Assembly (NCBI GenBank): GCA_045533455.1
Contig: JAZSHU010000052.1
Span: 298 to 64,297 of the forward strand
Origin: Acutalibacteraceae bacterium
Lineage (GTDB): Bacteria > Bacillota > Clostridia > Oscillospirales > Acutalibacteraceae
Direction of reading: 5' to 3'
Length of the DNA stretch: 64,000 bases
The notes beneath the pieces are model-generated. The model was not told where the DNA came from and ran no database searches. It saw nothing but the letters and a program-made list of their open reading frames with translations. The translations under genes and the position numbers were made by a program. This document shows, piece by piece, positions 46,168 to 56,196 of this stretch; positions within the stretch are counted from its first letter, which is position 1, and every line of letters begins with the position of its first letter.

Positions 46168-46851
46168 ATGAAGTTAGAAAAACGTTTGAGAATTGATAAT
46201 GTAGCTAAGTCCAGGGAAGATATAACAAAGAAAAGAATTATTGGGTTATGTGATTTTTTAGCGGAAACAACCGAAAAGTTTTTTGAAAAAAAATCCTCCC
46301 CCAATATATCCGTATATCGTAGCATTTCTGACCGCATCAAATATGACAGCTTAGAAGAGTTTCAGAAAAATTTTTCGAATTCGGCTGAATTTGAAAGCAT
46401 TTATTTATCTTTTTCAGCTAAACTTGGTGAAACGATTTCTTTGGACATCATGTACAGCAAATTTTTAAATAACCCTATATTTCCCGTTTCAGTTTCTGTT
46501 TATGTGAGCTGTAATAACAAAACAGAAGTTGAAGTTGAGGACTTGTTGCAGGAAATAAAAAGTTATGTTATTTCGTTGTTTTCTTCACAGAAAAAAGAAA
46601 CGATAAACACCGACACAAGAAACGCACAGCCAGCAGATAAGGGTAATGAAAAGTTTTGGGTTAAACATAGGCCATTGCTTGAATTTATATCGCTTCTTCT
46701 TGGCGTTATTGTTGCCTTGATTACTATTTTCGGTACAATGAAGGCTTGCAGTAACAATACTGCTGATGACGAAATAACCGAGAATCAGAGTTTCTATTCC
46801 CAACAGGATGAAATAAGTTCTGATGCCGATAATACAACTCTCCTTTCATAG
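46168..46851 (+). CDS. Counter-oriented moron membrane protein
   Basis: Promoter TTGACA(46073)-17-TATAAT(46096); RBS GAGGAG; one TM near the C-terminus; terminator 46861-46889. Confidence 0.75.
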   Translation: MKLEKRLRIDNVAKSREDITKKRIIGLCDFLAETTEKFFEKKSSPNISVYRSISDRIKYDSLEEFQKNFSNSAEFESIYLSFSAKLGETISLDIMYSKFLNNPIFPVSVSVYVSCNNKTEVEVEDLLQEIKSYVISLFSSQKKETINTDTRNAQPADKGNEKFWVKHRPLLEFISLLLGVIVALITIFGTMKACSNNTADDEITENQSFYSQQDEISSDADNTTLLS

Positions 46852-46944
46852 AGATAATTTAAACTGTCGAAGCGATTCGGCAGTTTTTTGCTTTGTTATT
46901 ACGTGATGTTGTGTCACATAACAGCGTTCAAATTGTCCCGTTGC

Positions 46945-47166
46945 TTATTCATTAAATTCAGCATCAAGACATTCAAGGGAATCAAGGTCTATCCCCTGTT
47001 CCGCCAACTCCTGACCACGCTTTTCAAGTCCACGCAGCTTGTAGAGATACTGTCTGCGGCGGTATTTGATAGCCTGCTCCTTCTTGGCAAGGGCTACATA
47101 CGGAGATTTTGTGAGACAGTCAATTTCCTGCTCAACCTCTGCATCGGTTATAAACGGTGTTTTCAT
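46945..47166 (-). CDS. Phage hypothetical protein
   Basis: RBS AAAGGAG; SPYVALAKKE..RRRQYLYKLR. Confidence 0.7.
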   Translation of the reverse strand: MKTPFITDAEVEQEIDCLTKSPYVALAKKEQAIKYRRRQYLYKLRGLEKRGQELAEQGIDLDSLECLDAEFNE

Positions 47167-47258
47167 TGGTTTACTCCTTTAAATACCTGTTATATTTTGA
47201 CTATTATTGTCCTTAATTGTAAAATATGGTATAATCTCCCTGAAAGGGGGTGATACCT

Positions 47259-47465
47259 ATGTATATGCAGCCCGTAAGCTCAAGTGATTTATCGAGCGTA
47301 GGCTACGAAAACGGAACACTATATATTGCTTTTAACTCTGGCGGAGTTTATTCGTATAGCAATGTACCCGTTTCCGTTTATGAAGGTTTGATGTCAGCAA
47401 GTTCTCATGGTAAATATTTTCACGCTCACATCAAAAACAATTATCCTTACAGACGTATAGGATAA
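47259..47465 (+). CDS. KTSC-domain protein
   Basis: VSSSDLSSVGYE..LYIAF..G.VYSY..VP..VYEGLMSASSHGKYF..HIK; own extended -10 TATAAT at 47230. Confidence 0.85.
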   Translation: MYMQPVSSSDLSSVGYENGTLYIAFNSGGVYSYSNVPVSVYEGLMSASSHGKYFHAHIKNNYPYRRIG

Positions 47466-47481
47466 ACACCCTGTCGGTCAG

Positions 47482-47637
47482 TTAACTCTGACCGACTTCT
47501 TTTGTCGGTATTCCGATTTCATCTCTGACAACTTTTATTGCATCCCACGAAATCACTACACAACAATGTGGGTCATAGTGTTTTTTGAGAAATTCAACTA
47601 TCGGTTTGCATAAACGTGTCAATTCTTTAAACTTCAT
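47482..47637 (-). CDS. 51-aa phage hypothetical protein convergent with KTSC
   Basis: RBS AAGGTGG; translated by hand (MKFKELTRLCKPIVEFLKKHYDPHC...). Confidence 0.55.
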   Translation of the reverse strand: MKFKELTRLCKPIVEFLKKHYDPHCCVVISWDAIKVVRDEIGIPTKEVGQS

Positions 47638-47667
47638 TTTTCACCACCTTCGGCAGTTTTTTACTCA

Positions 47668-47901
47668 TTAACTTTCGTTTTGCGTAAGTTGATGAGCAAA
47701 AAAAATAATCATAGCTTCGGCTTCGGTACATTCAAGAACAGTTGCCATCTTAGACAGAATATCATAAGGTATTTTTGAGTAATCTTTTAGGTAGGAACGT
47801 AAAGTTTCGCGGCTGATTCCAACTGCTTTCGAAAAGGATGAATTGTTAAATCCTTTTTCTGTTATTCTGCCTTTTAATTTATCGACATTTACCACATACA
47901 T
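47668..47901 (-). CDS. Cro-like HTH regulator
   Basis: VNVDKLKGRITEKG..FSKAVGISRETL..IIFFA; divergent from cI. Confidence 0.8.
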   Translation of the reverse strand: MYVVNVDKLKGRITEKGFNNSSFSKAVGISRETLRSYLKDYSKIPYDILSKMATVLECTEAEAMIIFFAHQLTQNES

Positions 47902-47919
47902 TTTTTCACCTCCTTTAAA

Positions 47920-48038
47920 CTTGCGTATTGCGTAAGCTTATGATAGCACTGTTTTCTGCGCTTGTCAATACGTTTTGCGAAAGTTTTTTTGAAAACTGCA
48001 CAAAACCTCTTGCTTTTTGCGAAAGAATATGCTATTTT
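47920..48038. promoter_or_regulatory. Lysis-lysogeny switch: divergent promoters and 17-bp operators
   Basis: CTTGCGTATTGCGTAAG 47920, AATACGTTTTGCGAAAG 47967, CTTGCTTTTTGCGAAAG 48009, plus CTTTCGTTTTGCGTAAG 47672; minus TTGACA-17-TATCAT, plus TTGCTT-17-TATTTT. Confidence 0.75.
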
Positions 48039-48055
48039 ATTGGTGAGGTGATTAT

Positions 48056-48400
48056 ATGTCTCTTTCGGAAGTTTTGAAGAAAAGACGTTCAGAACTTGGA
48101 TATACACTGCTTGAAATAGCGGATAAAATGGGAGTTTCCGAAGCTACGGTACAAAGATGGGAAAGCGGTAATATTAAATCTTTAAGACAAGGACGTATTG
48201 CTCAGCTTGCAGAAGTGTTGTCGGTCAGTCCTGCTTATCTTATGGGCTGGGAAGAAAAGAATGAAACTCCCGATATTGAAGCCCTGAAGGTTGCACTTTT
48301 TAGTGGCAACAGTGAAGTTACCGACGAAATGTGGGAAGAGGTTGTAAACTTTGCACGGTTCGTTGAAGCCCGTGAAGCTCAGAAGAATAAAAAGGATTAG
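48056..48400 (+). CDS. CI-like XRE repressor (no S24 domain)
   Basis: TLLEIADKMGVSEATVQRWESG..VSPAYLMGW; LKVALF..TDEMWEEV. Confidence 0.9.
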   Translation: MSLSEVLKKRRSELGYTLLEIADKMGVSEATVQRWESGNIKSLRQGRIAQLAEVLSVSPAYLMGWEEKNETPDIEALKVALFSGNSEVTDEMWEEVVNFARFVEAREAQKNKKD

Positions 48401-48422
48401 TATATAAGGGGAATTAATAATA

Positions 48423-49382
48423 ATGGGGCTTTTTGATTTTTTAAAAAAGCTGGTTCCAAAATCCAAATGCAAAAGTAATGCGAAACAAGTTGATACTATC
48501 AAATTTGCAGAAAATATGACCGTAGAAGAATATCGGGAAATTCGTAGTGAAGCTTACAAACTGTTTGATAGCTTATATAACACAAGTTCTATTGAAGGTA
48601 TAAAAGAAATACCTGTTCCCGAGTATGAAGTCAGCAAATATGACGGCTTTACTTGCAAACCTGAATATATCCTTGATTTGAAAGCAACTGCACATAAAAA
48701 GAATGGAAACATTGACCTTGCGATTGAATGCTTGAAAAAGGCTAATGAGCTTCGGTTTTGCTCTCAGTTTATGTATACCGAAAAGCATTATAATCGACTT
48801 GTTGAGTATTTAAAGCTTGCGAGAAGGTTCGATGAAGCAAAAGAAGAGGAAGAAAAAATAAAATCTTTCCTAAATAATCAGGTTTCTGATAATGAAAATC
48901 GCAGACAAAAAATGTATAACCGTATTTACGGAGGATTCAACAGTGATTTGGTCGAAATCGGATATGTCAATTCATGCTGCCCGATTTGTGCAAAATACAG
49001 AGGAAGAGTTTTCAGCCTCAAAGGTGAAGATGAACGATTCCCTTTGTTTCCTAAGGATTTTCACGAAGATTGTGGATTGCGTTCTTTTCCTTTTGTATAC
49101 GGGATATCATGTCCTGCACATTGCAACAAAGATGAAATCATAGAATTCAGCAACAGACCTTTTATTGATGACCGTACAGAAGAGCAGAAGGCAGGGTATC
49201 ATAGGATACTCCAAGAACGTGAAGAAGATAAGCAAAGAGAAATTGACAGAACGGACTATAATTGGTTATGGGAGAATATGCCTGAAATTTGCCCGAAATC
49301 ATTTAGTGCATATAGAAGAATGAAAAAGAGCAATTCTGCCGGTTATCAGAAAATACAGACTGTGTTGAAAGAGCGAAGATAA
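48423..49382 (+). CDS. TPR-like + MuF/minor-capsid-like domain protein in the lysogeny module
   Basis: MGLFDFLKK; KKNGNIDLAIECLKKA; DLVEI..CCPICAKYRGRVFS..FP..HEDC; SNRPF.DDR; PKSFSAYRRMK. Confidence 0.7.
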   Translation: MGLFDFLKKLVPKSKCKSNAKQVDTIKFAENMTVEEYREIRSEAYKLFDSLYNTSSIEGIKEIPVPEYEVSKYDGFTCKPEYILDLKATAHKKNGNIDLAIECLKKANELRFCSQFMYTEKHYNRLVEYLKLARRFDEAKEEEEKIKSFLNNQVSDNENRRQKMYNRIYGGFNSDLVEIGYVNSCCPICAKYRGRVFSLKGEDERFPLFPKDFHEDCGLRSFPFVYGISCPAHCNKDEIIEFSNRPFIDDRTEEQKAGYHRILQEREEDKQREIDRTDYNWLWENMPEICPKSFSAYRRMKKSNSAGYQKIQTVLKERR

Positions 49383-49402
49383 TTTTAGAAAATAACGGAG
49401 GG

Positions 49403-49565
49403 ATGCAAGTGTACTGCACAAACTGCGGCAACGAACTGCCTGAAAACAGCAAGTTCTGTAATCATTGCGGAGCTTCAAAAAGGCGATGAAATTACCATTG
49501 AAGGTGAATGTGACGGTGTTTCCGTGACAAACGTAGGCTTATCAAATTGTGATATTATTGACTGA
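49403..49565 (+). pseudogene. Deletion remnant: zinc-ribbon N-terminus joined out of frame to an OB-fold-like C-terminus
   Basis: MQVYCTNCGNELPENSKFCNHCGASKRR*, then in another frame KGDEITIEGECDG..VGLSNCDIID*. Confidence 0.6.
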
Positions 49566-49607
49566 AAACAAAAAACAAATATCCTAACATTGAAAAGAGG
49601 TAATACA

Positions 49608-50093
49608 ATGGGATTTTTTAAAAGCAAAAAAGGTGCGATTATAAGTGATTATTTTAAGCTGCTTGAAGATATCGGCGGCGGATATACCGCAAACAATATG
49701 TATGATGTTGCTTTGTACGATGAGCACATTGAAATAAGCAGTCCGTTAGCAAAAAATAAAATCACTCTTGACTATTCAAAAATAACAGATGTTGTTTACA
49801 CTGCGGAAGTTGAAAAAATACAAAAGTCGAAAAGCTCAATCGGCAGAGCCGTGGCGGGAGGCTTGCTTTTTGGCGGTGTGGGTGCAGTTGTGGGTGCAGT
49901 CAGTGGTATGGGTACCAAAATCAAAAAAGAAAGGCATTTTTATTTTATTATTGCATACACCTCAGCACAGGGCGAAGAAAAGTTTTTACAGTTTGAAGAT
50001 ACCAGATTATATAAGGGCAGTAAAATTGCCAAGAAGTTAAAAGAGCTTTGCGGACTAGACGATAACAATAATACTGACGATATAAATCTTTAA
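49608..50093 (+). CDS. Glycine-zipper membrane-associated protein next to the integrase
   Basis: SSIGRAVAGGLLFGGVGAVVGAVSG within a beta-rich (PH-like) frame; RBS AAGAGG. Confidence 0.7.
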   Translation: MGFFKSKKGAIISDYFKLLEDIGGGYTANNMYDVALYDEHIEISSPLAKNKITLDYSKITDVVYTAEVEKIQKSKSSIGRAVAGGLLFGGVGAVVGAVSGMGTKIKKERHFYFIIAYTSAQGEEKFLQFEDTRLYKGSKIAKKLKELCGLDDNNNTDDINL

Positions 50094-50222
50094 AATAAAA
50101 AATCCCTCGGTGCTACCAACACCGAGGGACGGAATACCAAACCACTCAACGACCAAATCAAGGGGATTGGTGTATCTATTATACACTATTCCCCGAAAAA
50201 TTGTCAAGCAAAGGGGAATATT

Positions 50223-51398
50223 ATGCCAAAGAAAAAGAATACAAAGCGTTCTGACGGCCGTATTGCCGTTCAGGTTTACCTCGGTAAAGACGAAAACGGT
50301 AAGCGAAAATATAAAACCGTCTACGGCTCAACCCAGAAAGAGGCCGATGAAAAGGCAAGAGAGATAAAAACCAGGCTCGGCAAGGGTCTTGATATTTCAG
50401 CTGCCGATGACAGCTTTTGCGTATGGTGCGAGCGTTGGCTTGTAAGCAAAAAAAGGGATATCGGCAACTCTCAGTATCTCTCCTATGTGGGATATACAAA
50501 TCACCTGAAAAGTGCATTGAACGGTATGACGTTAAAGGACATTAAATTGTATAATATCCAATCAGTCATTGATGATTTGTATGAATATAATCCGAATACA
50601 GGTTCCCCTTCAAGCAAAAAAACTTTAACGGATATCAAAAATACGGCTGTTCAGATTTTTGATTTTGCGATAGATAACAGGGTCATAGATTATAACCCTG
50701 CAAAGTCTGTTAAAATCCCGAAGAATGCCGAAAAGAAAACCCGCAGAGCTCTTACTCCTGACGAACAGACGTACATAAGAAACACACAGCACCGTATGCA
50801 AACTGCGGCTATGATAATGCTTTATGCAGGCCTGCGCAGGGGAGAAGTAATCCCGCTTTTGTGGTCTGATATAGACTTGAAAAACAAGACTGTTTCGGTC
50901 AATAAAGCAGTTGACCTTTCCGAAGGCAAACCCGTTGTGAAATCCACAAAAACAAAATCAGGCAAGCGGGTAGTTGTAATTCCGTCTGTGTTATCCGACT
51001 ATCTGGCTTTGTGTAAAAAAGAGAATATCCTTGTTTGTCCGTCCTTGAACGGTGAAATGTATACCGCAACAAGCTGGAAAACTTCGTGGAACAGTTATCT
51101 GTATGACTTGGATATACTGTACGGCAAGCTGCCTCAGAAGAAAAGCAAATACGATAACCGTTTCCCTGGCATTACCATGTCGAGAATTACGCCTCATATG
51201 CTTCGGCATACGTTTTGTACGAATATGTACCTGGCAGGTGTGGATATCCTTACTGCCCAATATCAGATGGGACACGCAGACATCAAAACAACACTCTCGA
51301 TTTACACCCATATAAGTGACGATTTTGCAAAAGACGAAATGAATAAAATGGATGAGTATTATAACAATGCAAGTCATATGCAAGTCAGACACGGCTGA
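50223..51398 (+). CDS. int: Tyrosine integrase
   Basis: GLRRGE, KTKSG, PHMLRHT, GHADIKTTLSIYTH; adjacent to the att site. Confidence 0.97.
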   Translation: MPKKKNTKRSDGRIAVQVYLGKDENGKRKYKTVYGSTQKEADEKAREIKTRLGKGLDISAADDSFCVWCERWLVSKKRDIGNSQYLSYVGYTNHLKSALNGMTLKDIKLYNIQSVIDDLYEYNPNTGSPSSKKTLTDIKNTAVQIFDFAIDNRVIDYNPAKSVKIPKNAEKKTRRALTPDEQTYIRNTQHRMQTAAMIMLYAGLRRGEVIPLLWSDIDLKNKTVSVNKAVDLSEGKPVVKSTKTKSGKRVVVIPSVLSDYLALCKKENILVCPSLNGEMYTATSWKTSWNSYLYDLDILYGKLPQKKSKYDNRFPGITMSRITPHMLRHTFCTNMYLAGVDILTAQYQMGHADIKTTLSIYTHISDDFAKDEMNKMDEYYNNASHMQVRHG

Positions 51399-51435
51399 AA
51401 ACCGTTGATATATAAGGAGTTTGAACAGCGTGCTT

Positions 51436-51500
51436 TTCGCTTGACGTGCGAAGGGTCAGCGGTTCGAGTCCGTTAACGTCCACCAACGAAAAAAGCCTTG
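51436..51500 (+). repeat. Right attachment site (3' tRNA-Val fragment)
   Basis: 65-bp identity with 14286-14350; followed by a terminator hairpin. Confidence 0.95.
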
Positions 51501-51552
51501 GAATCCTTGAAGGTAAGGATTCCGAGGCTTTTGTTTTTTATCAGTTCTTGTT

Positions 51553-52422
51553 TTACATATTTCCGTCAAACATATATCTCTGGAAGGCAAGTGAATCAGC
51601 GGCGTCCTTATCAAGCATTTCGGGGCTGATGCCGGGGATAAGCTCGCGCCAGATTTTGATGTCACTGCCAACCTGACCGCCCGTATTCACGAAAGGCTCC
51701 ATAACAACTGTTTTGTTGTAGCCGATTTCACGCAGTGCCTCACCGATTTCACGCCAGGGGATTCTGCCTCTGCCGGGCACCATACGGTTGCATTCGCCTG
51801 TGTGGAAGTGACCGAGCAGGCTGTCTGCGGTGCGGATTGCCTGAGCAATATCCGTTTCTTCAATGTTCATATGGAAGGTGTCAAGCATAACCCATACGTT
51901 GTCACGGTCAACCTCTTTCACGAATTTAACGCATTCCTCTGCGGTGTTGATAAGGTAGCCTTCAAAACGGTTAAGGCTTTCCATATTAAGCTGAACGCCG
52001 TGGTTTTTTGCAATATCCGAAAGAAGACCCATACCCTCAACCGCAAGCTTCCAATCCTCTTCCTTGTTGATGGGCTGAGAATAATCGATGGGCCAGTGGG
52101 AATAAAGTGCACCGCCGATTACGTTGCTGCCGATTTTCTCCATGGCGTAAAACATTTTTCTGTACCATTCAAGCGCACCCTCACGGGTCTGCAGGCAGCC
52201 TACGTCGTGGGCAGGTGCAGGGCCGTAGCCCGTTGTGATGATAATGCCGTTTGCATCTGCGGCGGATTTAAGCTCGCTGAGCTGAGTGTCGTTCATTACG
52301 GGCAGTGCGGCACCGCCGATTTCAAGTATATCAAAGCCAAGCTTTGCGGCTTTTTCGATATAAGGAATGTAGTCTGCAGCCCATTCCTTTTCCCAATATG
52401 CGTAATAAATGCCGTGTTTCAT
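51553..52422 (-). CDS. D-psicose/D-tagatose 3-epimerase family protein
   Basis: MKHGIYYAYWE, ESLNRFE, DTFHMNIEE, HTGECNR..PG, MEPF. Confidence 0.9.
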   Translation of the reverse strand: MKHGIYYAYWEKEWAADYIPYIEKAAKLGFDILEIGGAALPVMNDTQLSELKSAADANGIIITTGYGPAPAHDVGCLQTREGALEWYRKMFYAMEKIGSNVIGGALYSHWPIDYSQPINKEEDWKLAVEGMGLLSDIAKNHGVQLNMESLNRFEGYLINTAEECVKFVKEVDRDNVWVMLDTFHMNIEETDIAQAIRTADSLLGHFHTGECNRMVPGRGRIPWREIGEALREIGYNKTVVMEPFVNTGGQVGSDIKIWRELIPGISPEMLDKDAADSLAFQRYMFDGNM

Positions 52423-52610
52423 AAACAACAACCTTTCGTGTTTCGTATGTAAGAATTATACTACCATTATTATGAAAGGTCAATACGAGTGTTCTGACAG
52501 TCGCAGGCGAATAATTATTAATTATTTTGTAATCTTTTTTTAATTGCTTTATCATATTTAAGGTGTTATAATACATAATGGATTACTGAAATATTTCAGG
52601 GGGGAATATT

Positions 52611-54170
52611 ATGAAAAAGTGTATTATCATCGGCGGCGGCCCTGCAGGTCTTACCGCAGGCTACGAACTGTTGAAAAATTCCGATGAATATGAGGTTGTT
52701 ATCCTTGAAGCGAGTGACGTGCTGGGCGGTATTTCAAGAACCGTAAAGCACAACGGCAACAGAATGGATATCGGCGGCCACAGATTTTTTTCAAAGGATA
52801 AAAACGTAACGGATTTCTGGGCGAATCTTATGCCCACTCAGGGTGCGCCCTCGGTTGACGATAAAATTCTGGGCAGGGAAAAGCCTCTTGCAAAGGGCGG
52901 TCCCGACCCCGAAACCGAGGACAGGGTTATGCTTATCCGCCGCAGGGTATCAAGAATTTTCTATCTTAACAAGTTTTTTGATTACCCCATTTCAATGAAG
53001 CCTCAGACATTCATCAATATGGGCTTGCCCCGTACGGTGAAGGCGGGCTTCAGCTACCTTAAATCAACTGTTTCCAAGAAGGAAGAAACTTCACTTGAAA
53101 ACTTCTATATCAACCGTTTCGGCAAGGTGCTTTACTCAATGTTTTTTGAGGGCTACACCGAAAAGCTCTGGGGCAGACATCCAAGTGAGATTTCTGCCGA
53201 TTGGGGCGCACAGAGAGTAAAGGGTCTTTCAATCCTTGCGGTTATAAAGGATATGCTTTCAAAGCTTGTTCCCAATAAAAACAGAAAGGTTGAAACCTCG
53301 CTTATTGAAGAATTCGTTTACCCCAAATTCGGTCCCGGTCAGCTCTGGGAAACCGTAGGCGATGAATTCACGGGTATGGGCGGCAAAATTCTTTACGGTC
53401 ATAAGGTAAAGGATGTTGAAATTGCAGACGGAAAGGTTATTTCCGTTACCTGCGAAAACGGCGAAAAGCTTTCGGGCGATATTTTCATTTCATCAATGCC
53501 CGTCAAGGATTTGGTTGCAGGTATGGGCAGTGATGTGCCCGCCGCACCTGCAGAGATTGCAAAGGGTCTGCCTTACAGGGATTTTGTGACCGTGGGTCTG
53601 CTTCTCAATAAGCTCAACCTTAAAAACGAAACCGATATCAAAACTCTGGGCAATATTGTTCCCGATTGCTGGATTTACGTTCAGGATACGGGAGTAAAGC
53701 TTGGCAGAATTCAGATTTTCAATAACTGGTCACCCTATCTTGTGAATGACCCCGTGAATACTGTATGGGTCGGCCTTGAATATTTCTGCGCAGAGGGCGA
53801 CGGTTTCTGGAATATGAGCGAGCAGGAGTGCATTGATTTTGCCGTTAAGGAGCTTAAATCAATGGGCGTTATCGATGCGGATGCAAAGGTGCTTGACAGC
53901 CACCGTGAAAAGGTGCAGAAGGCATACCCTGCATATTTCGATACCTACGACAGAATGGGTGAGCTTGTTGAATATCTTGACACTTTTGAAAACCTTTACT
54001 GTGTAGGCAGAAACGGTCAGCACAGATACAACAATATGGACCATTCAATGGTAACATCGTTTGAAACCGTTTCAAATATTCTCAGCGGCAAGAAGACAAA
54101 GGAGAATATCTGGAGCGTAAACACCGAGGCGGAGTATCACGAGGAGAACTCTGATGAAAACAAGAATTAA
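52611..54170 (+). CDS. FAD-dependent oxidoreductase (UGM/protoporphyrinogen-oxidase-like, glycan-associated)
   Basis: [46 protein letters not shown]. Confidence 0.85.
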   Translation: MKKCIIIGGGPAGLTAGYELLKNSDEYEVVILEASDVLGGISRTVKHNGNRMDIGGHRFFSKDKNVTDFWANLMPTQGAPSVDDKILGREKPLAKGGPDPETEDRVMLIRRRVSRIFYLNKFFDYPISMKPQTFINMGLPRTVKAGFSYLKSTVSKKEETSLENFYINRFGKVLYSMFFEGYTEKLWGRHPSEISADWGAQRVKGLSILAVIKDMLSKLVPNKNRKVETSLIEEFVYPKFGPGQLWETVGDEFTGMGGKILYGHKVKDVEIADGKVISVTCENGEKLSGDIFISSMPVKDLVAGMGSDVPAAPAEIAKGLPYRDFVTVGLLLNKLNLKNETDIKTLGNIVPDCWIYVQDTGVKLGRIQIFNNWSPYLVNDPVNTVWVGLEYFCAEGDGFWNMSEQECIDFAVKELKSMGVIDADAKVLDSHREKVQKAYPAYFDTYDRMGELVEYLDTFENLYCVGRNGQHRYNNMDHSMVTSFETVSNILSGKKTKENIWSVNTEAEYHEENSDENKN

Positions 54171-56193
54171 AAGCATTCTGCCCGTGGCGGTTATCTGCCT
54201 TGTTGCGGTGCTTATTGAGCTTCTGCTTTCGAATTTCGTGTGGATTTCATATGTGTGGGGCAGGGATGAGGTGAAAGACTTTGTTCCTTCGGGCTTTACG
54301 CAGGAATTCATAAACGAAACCGATAACAGCTTTGCCGCTGACGGCATAGATTTTCCCATTAATTCCGTAAGCTATACGGTTAAAACCGCAGACCCCGAGG
54401 CGGCGGATACTCTGCTGACGGCGGCATATTACATTGCGGATGAAGCGAACACCGCATCTGCCGCACTTGCACGCAGAGAACGGATTGCCGCAAGCCCCGA
54501 GGGGTACCGTGTCACATCCTTTGTGAATTCATACGGCAACGGAAAATATGTTGATGTAACCTTTGAGGATGCGAAAAGCCAGCTTATCGTAACGGATTTC
54601 ACCCTGAATCCTTCTTATAAATTCAGTTTCAATGCCCTGCGTTTTGCCTTTGTTTTTGCACTGTTGATGCTGGTTTATGTGTTCACACGAACAAAGGCAG
54701 GGGAGAGCATCGGCAAAAAATTCACCCACACTCAGGCAGGCATAATCGCCGTTGCGGTTTGCGTTATCCCTGCGGTGGCGGTGTGGATTATGGGCGCATC
54801 GGGTGAGGACGGCAACTGCATTTTCTATCCCCTTGAATACAGTGCAGAGAATTATTCGCCTTACATTCAGCAGTTTGATGCCTTTATGAAGGGTCAGCTT
54901 CACTTTGATGTGAAGCCCTCGGCAGAGCTGCTTGCACTTTCAAATCCTTACAGCCCCGATGAACGTCAGGGCGTGGATTTCCTCTACGACAGAGCCTTTT
55001 TTGACGGAAAATATTATTCTTATTTCGGAATTGCACCCATACTGACGGTTTATTACCCTCTTTATCTGCTGACGGGCGTTCTGCCTGCGGACAGCACGGT
55101 GACGGGAATATTTTCCGTTATCACCGCAATCTTTCTTCCCCTTGCGGTTATTGAATGGTCAAGATTCAAAAAATACGGCAGTCCCTTGCTTGCGCTTATC
55201 TGCGGTGCGGGAGCTTATTTTGCAAGCGGTGCGCTGATTATTCAGCGTGGCAGAGCACCTTTTTATTACATTGCAAGCATTGCAGGCACGGCTTTTGTTG
55301 CCGTGTTCCTGTTCCTTATAATCAATGCGGTTCAGTTTAAAAAGACTGCACCAAGGATGATATTCCTTGCACTTTCGGGTGGTGCCTACGCTCTTGCCTT
55401 TATGTCCAGAATCAATTCCGTTCTTCCCGTAACCTTCGGGATAATCGCGTTCATCGTGATTTATCTTGTAAAAAGTATAAAAGAAAAATCCCTTTCACGC
55501 TTCTTTGGAGATATGACCGCACTGGGCCTGCCCGTGGGGTTGGTGCTTGTGTTCACCCTTTGGTATAACAACGCCCGTTTCGGCAGTCCCTTGCAGTTCG
55601 GCACCGCATATCAGCTTACGGTGGCAGATACCTCGTATTACGAATTCTACGGCGGCGGAATCTTCCACACCCTGTTCCATTATTTTATTCAGCCCCTTGA
55701 AATATCCGATATGTTCCCCTTTGTGCAGTTTGAACATTTCAGGTTTTCAGGCTACGGCAGGTCACTTTATATCGACAGCAATTTCGGTATGCTTGCCATA
55801 CCTTTTATACTTTCGCTTCTGCTCAGCCCCGTTATTTTCAGAAGCAAAACAACACCCAAGCACAGCAAAATTATGCTTTCCGTTTTGCTTATATCATTGG
55901 GTATAACCGCATATGCGGATATGTGTATGGGCGGAGTTATCTTCCGCTACACCGCAGACCTTCTGCCCGTGGGTGCGTTTTTATCGGCGGCAATACTGCT
56001 TGAGGTTTACCGCATTGCAAAAGAAAAATACGGCGAAGAAATTTCACAAAAAGTGTGCAGGGGTGCAGGTATCCTTGCAGGTGTGACGGCTGTTGTTGTT
56101 TCGGCAGTGGCGGTAAACATCAACGGCAACCTTGTTCCCTATTCGCCCGAATTCCACCTTGCTCTCAGAGATTTCTTTGTGTTTTGGAGTTGA
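54154..56193 (+). CDS. Polytopic membrane protein, GT-C-like
   Basis: Many TMs; [15 protein letters not shown]; [13 protein letters not shown]; RYTAD. Confidence 0.65.
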   Translation: MKTRIKSILPVAVICLVAVLIELLLSNFVWISYVWGRDEVKDFVPSGFTQEFINETDNSFAADGIDFPINSVSYTVKTADPEAADTLLTAAYYIADEANTASAALARRERIAASPEGYRVTSFVNSYGNGKYVDVTFEDAKSQLIVTDFTLNPSYKFSFNALRFAFVFALLMLVYVFTRTKAGESIGKKFTHTQAGIIAVAVCVIPAVAVWIMGASGEDGNCIFYPLEYSAENYSPYIQQFDAFMKGQLHFDVKPSAELLALSNPYSPDERQGVDFLYDRAFFDGKYYSYFGIAPILTVYYPLYLLTGVLPADSTVTGIFSVITAIFLPLAVIEWSRFKKYGSPLLALICGAGAYFASGALIIQRGRAPFYYIASIAGTAFVAVFLFLIINAVQFKKTAPRMIFLALSGGAYALAFMSRINSVLPVTFGIIAFIVIYLVKSIKEKSLSRFFGDMTALGLPVGLVLVFTLWYNNARFGSPLQFGTAYQLTVADTSYYEFYGGGIFHTLFHYFIQPLEISDMFPFVQFEHFRFSGYGRSLYIDSNFGMLAIPFILSLLLSPVIFRSKTTPKHSKIMLSVLLISLGITAYADMCMGGVIFRYTADLLPVGAFLSAAILLEVYRIAKEKYGEEISQKVCRGAGILAGVTAVVVSAVAVNINGNLVPYSPEFHLALRDFFVFWS

Positions 56194-56196
56194 GTT

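Larger units (their letters stand above)
14286..51500. mobile_element. ~37.1 kb siphovirus-like temperate prophage
   Basis: 65-bp direct repeats at the ends; integrase, cI/cro, replication, terminase, portal, capsid, tail and lysis modules in canonical order. Confidence 0.97.

Noticed and set aside
51436-51485. Second tRNA-Val gene
   Set aside because: Lacks the 5' acceptor strand and D-arm; it is the att duplicate.
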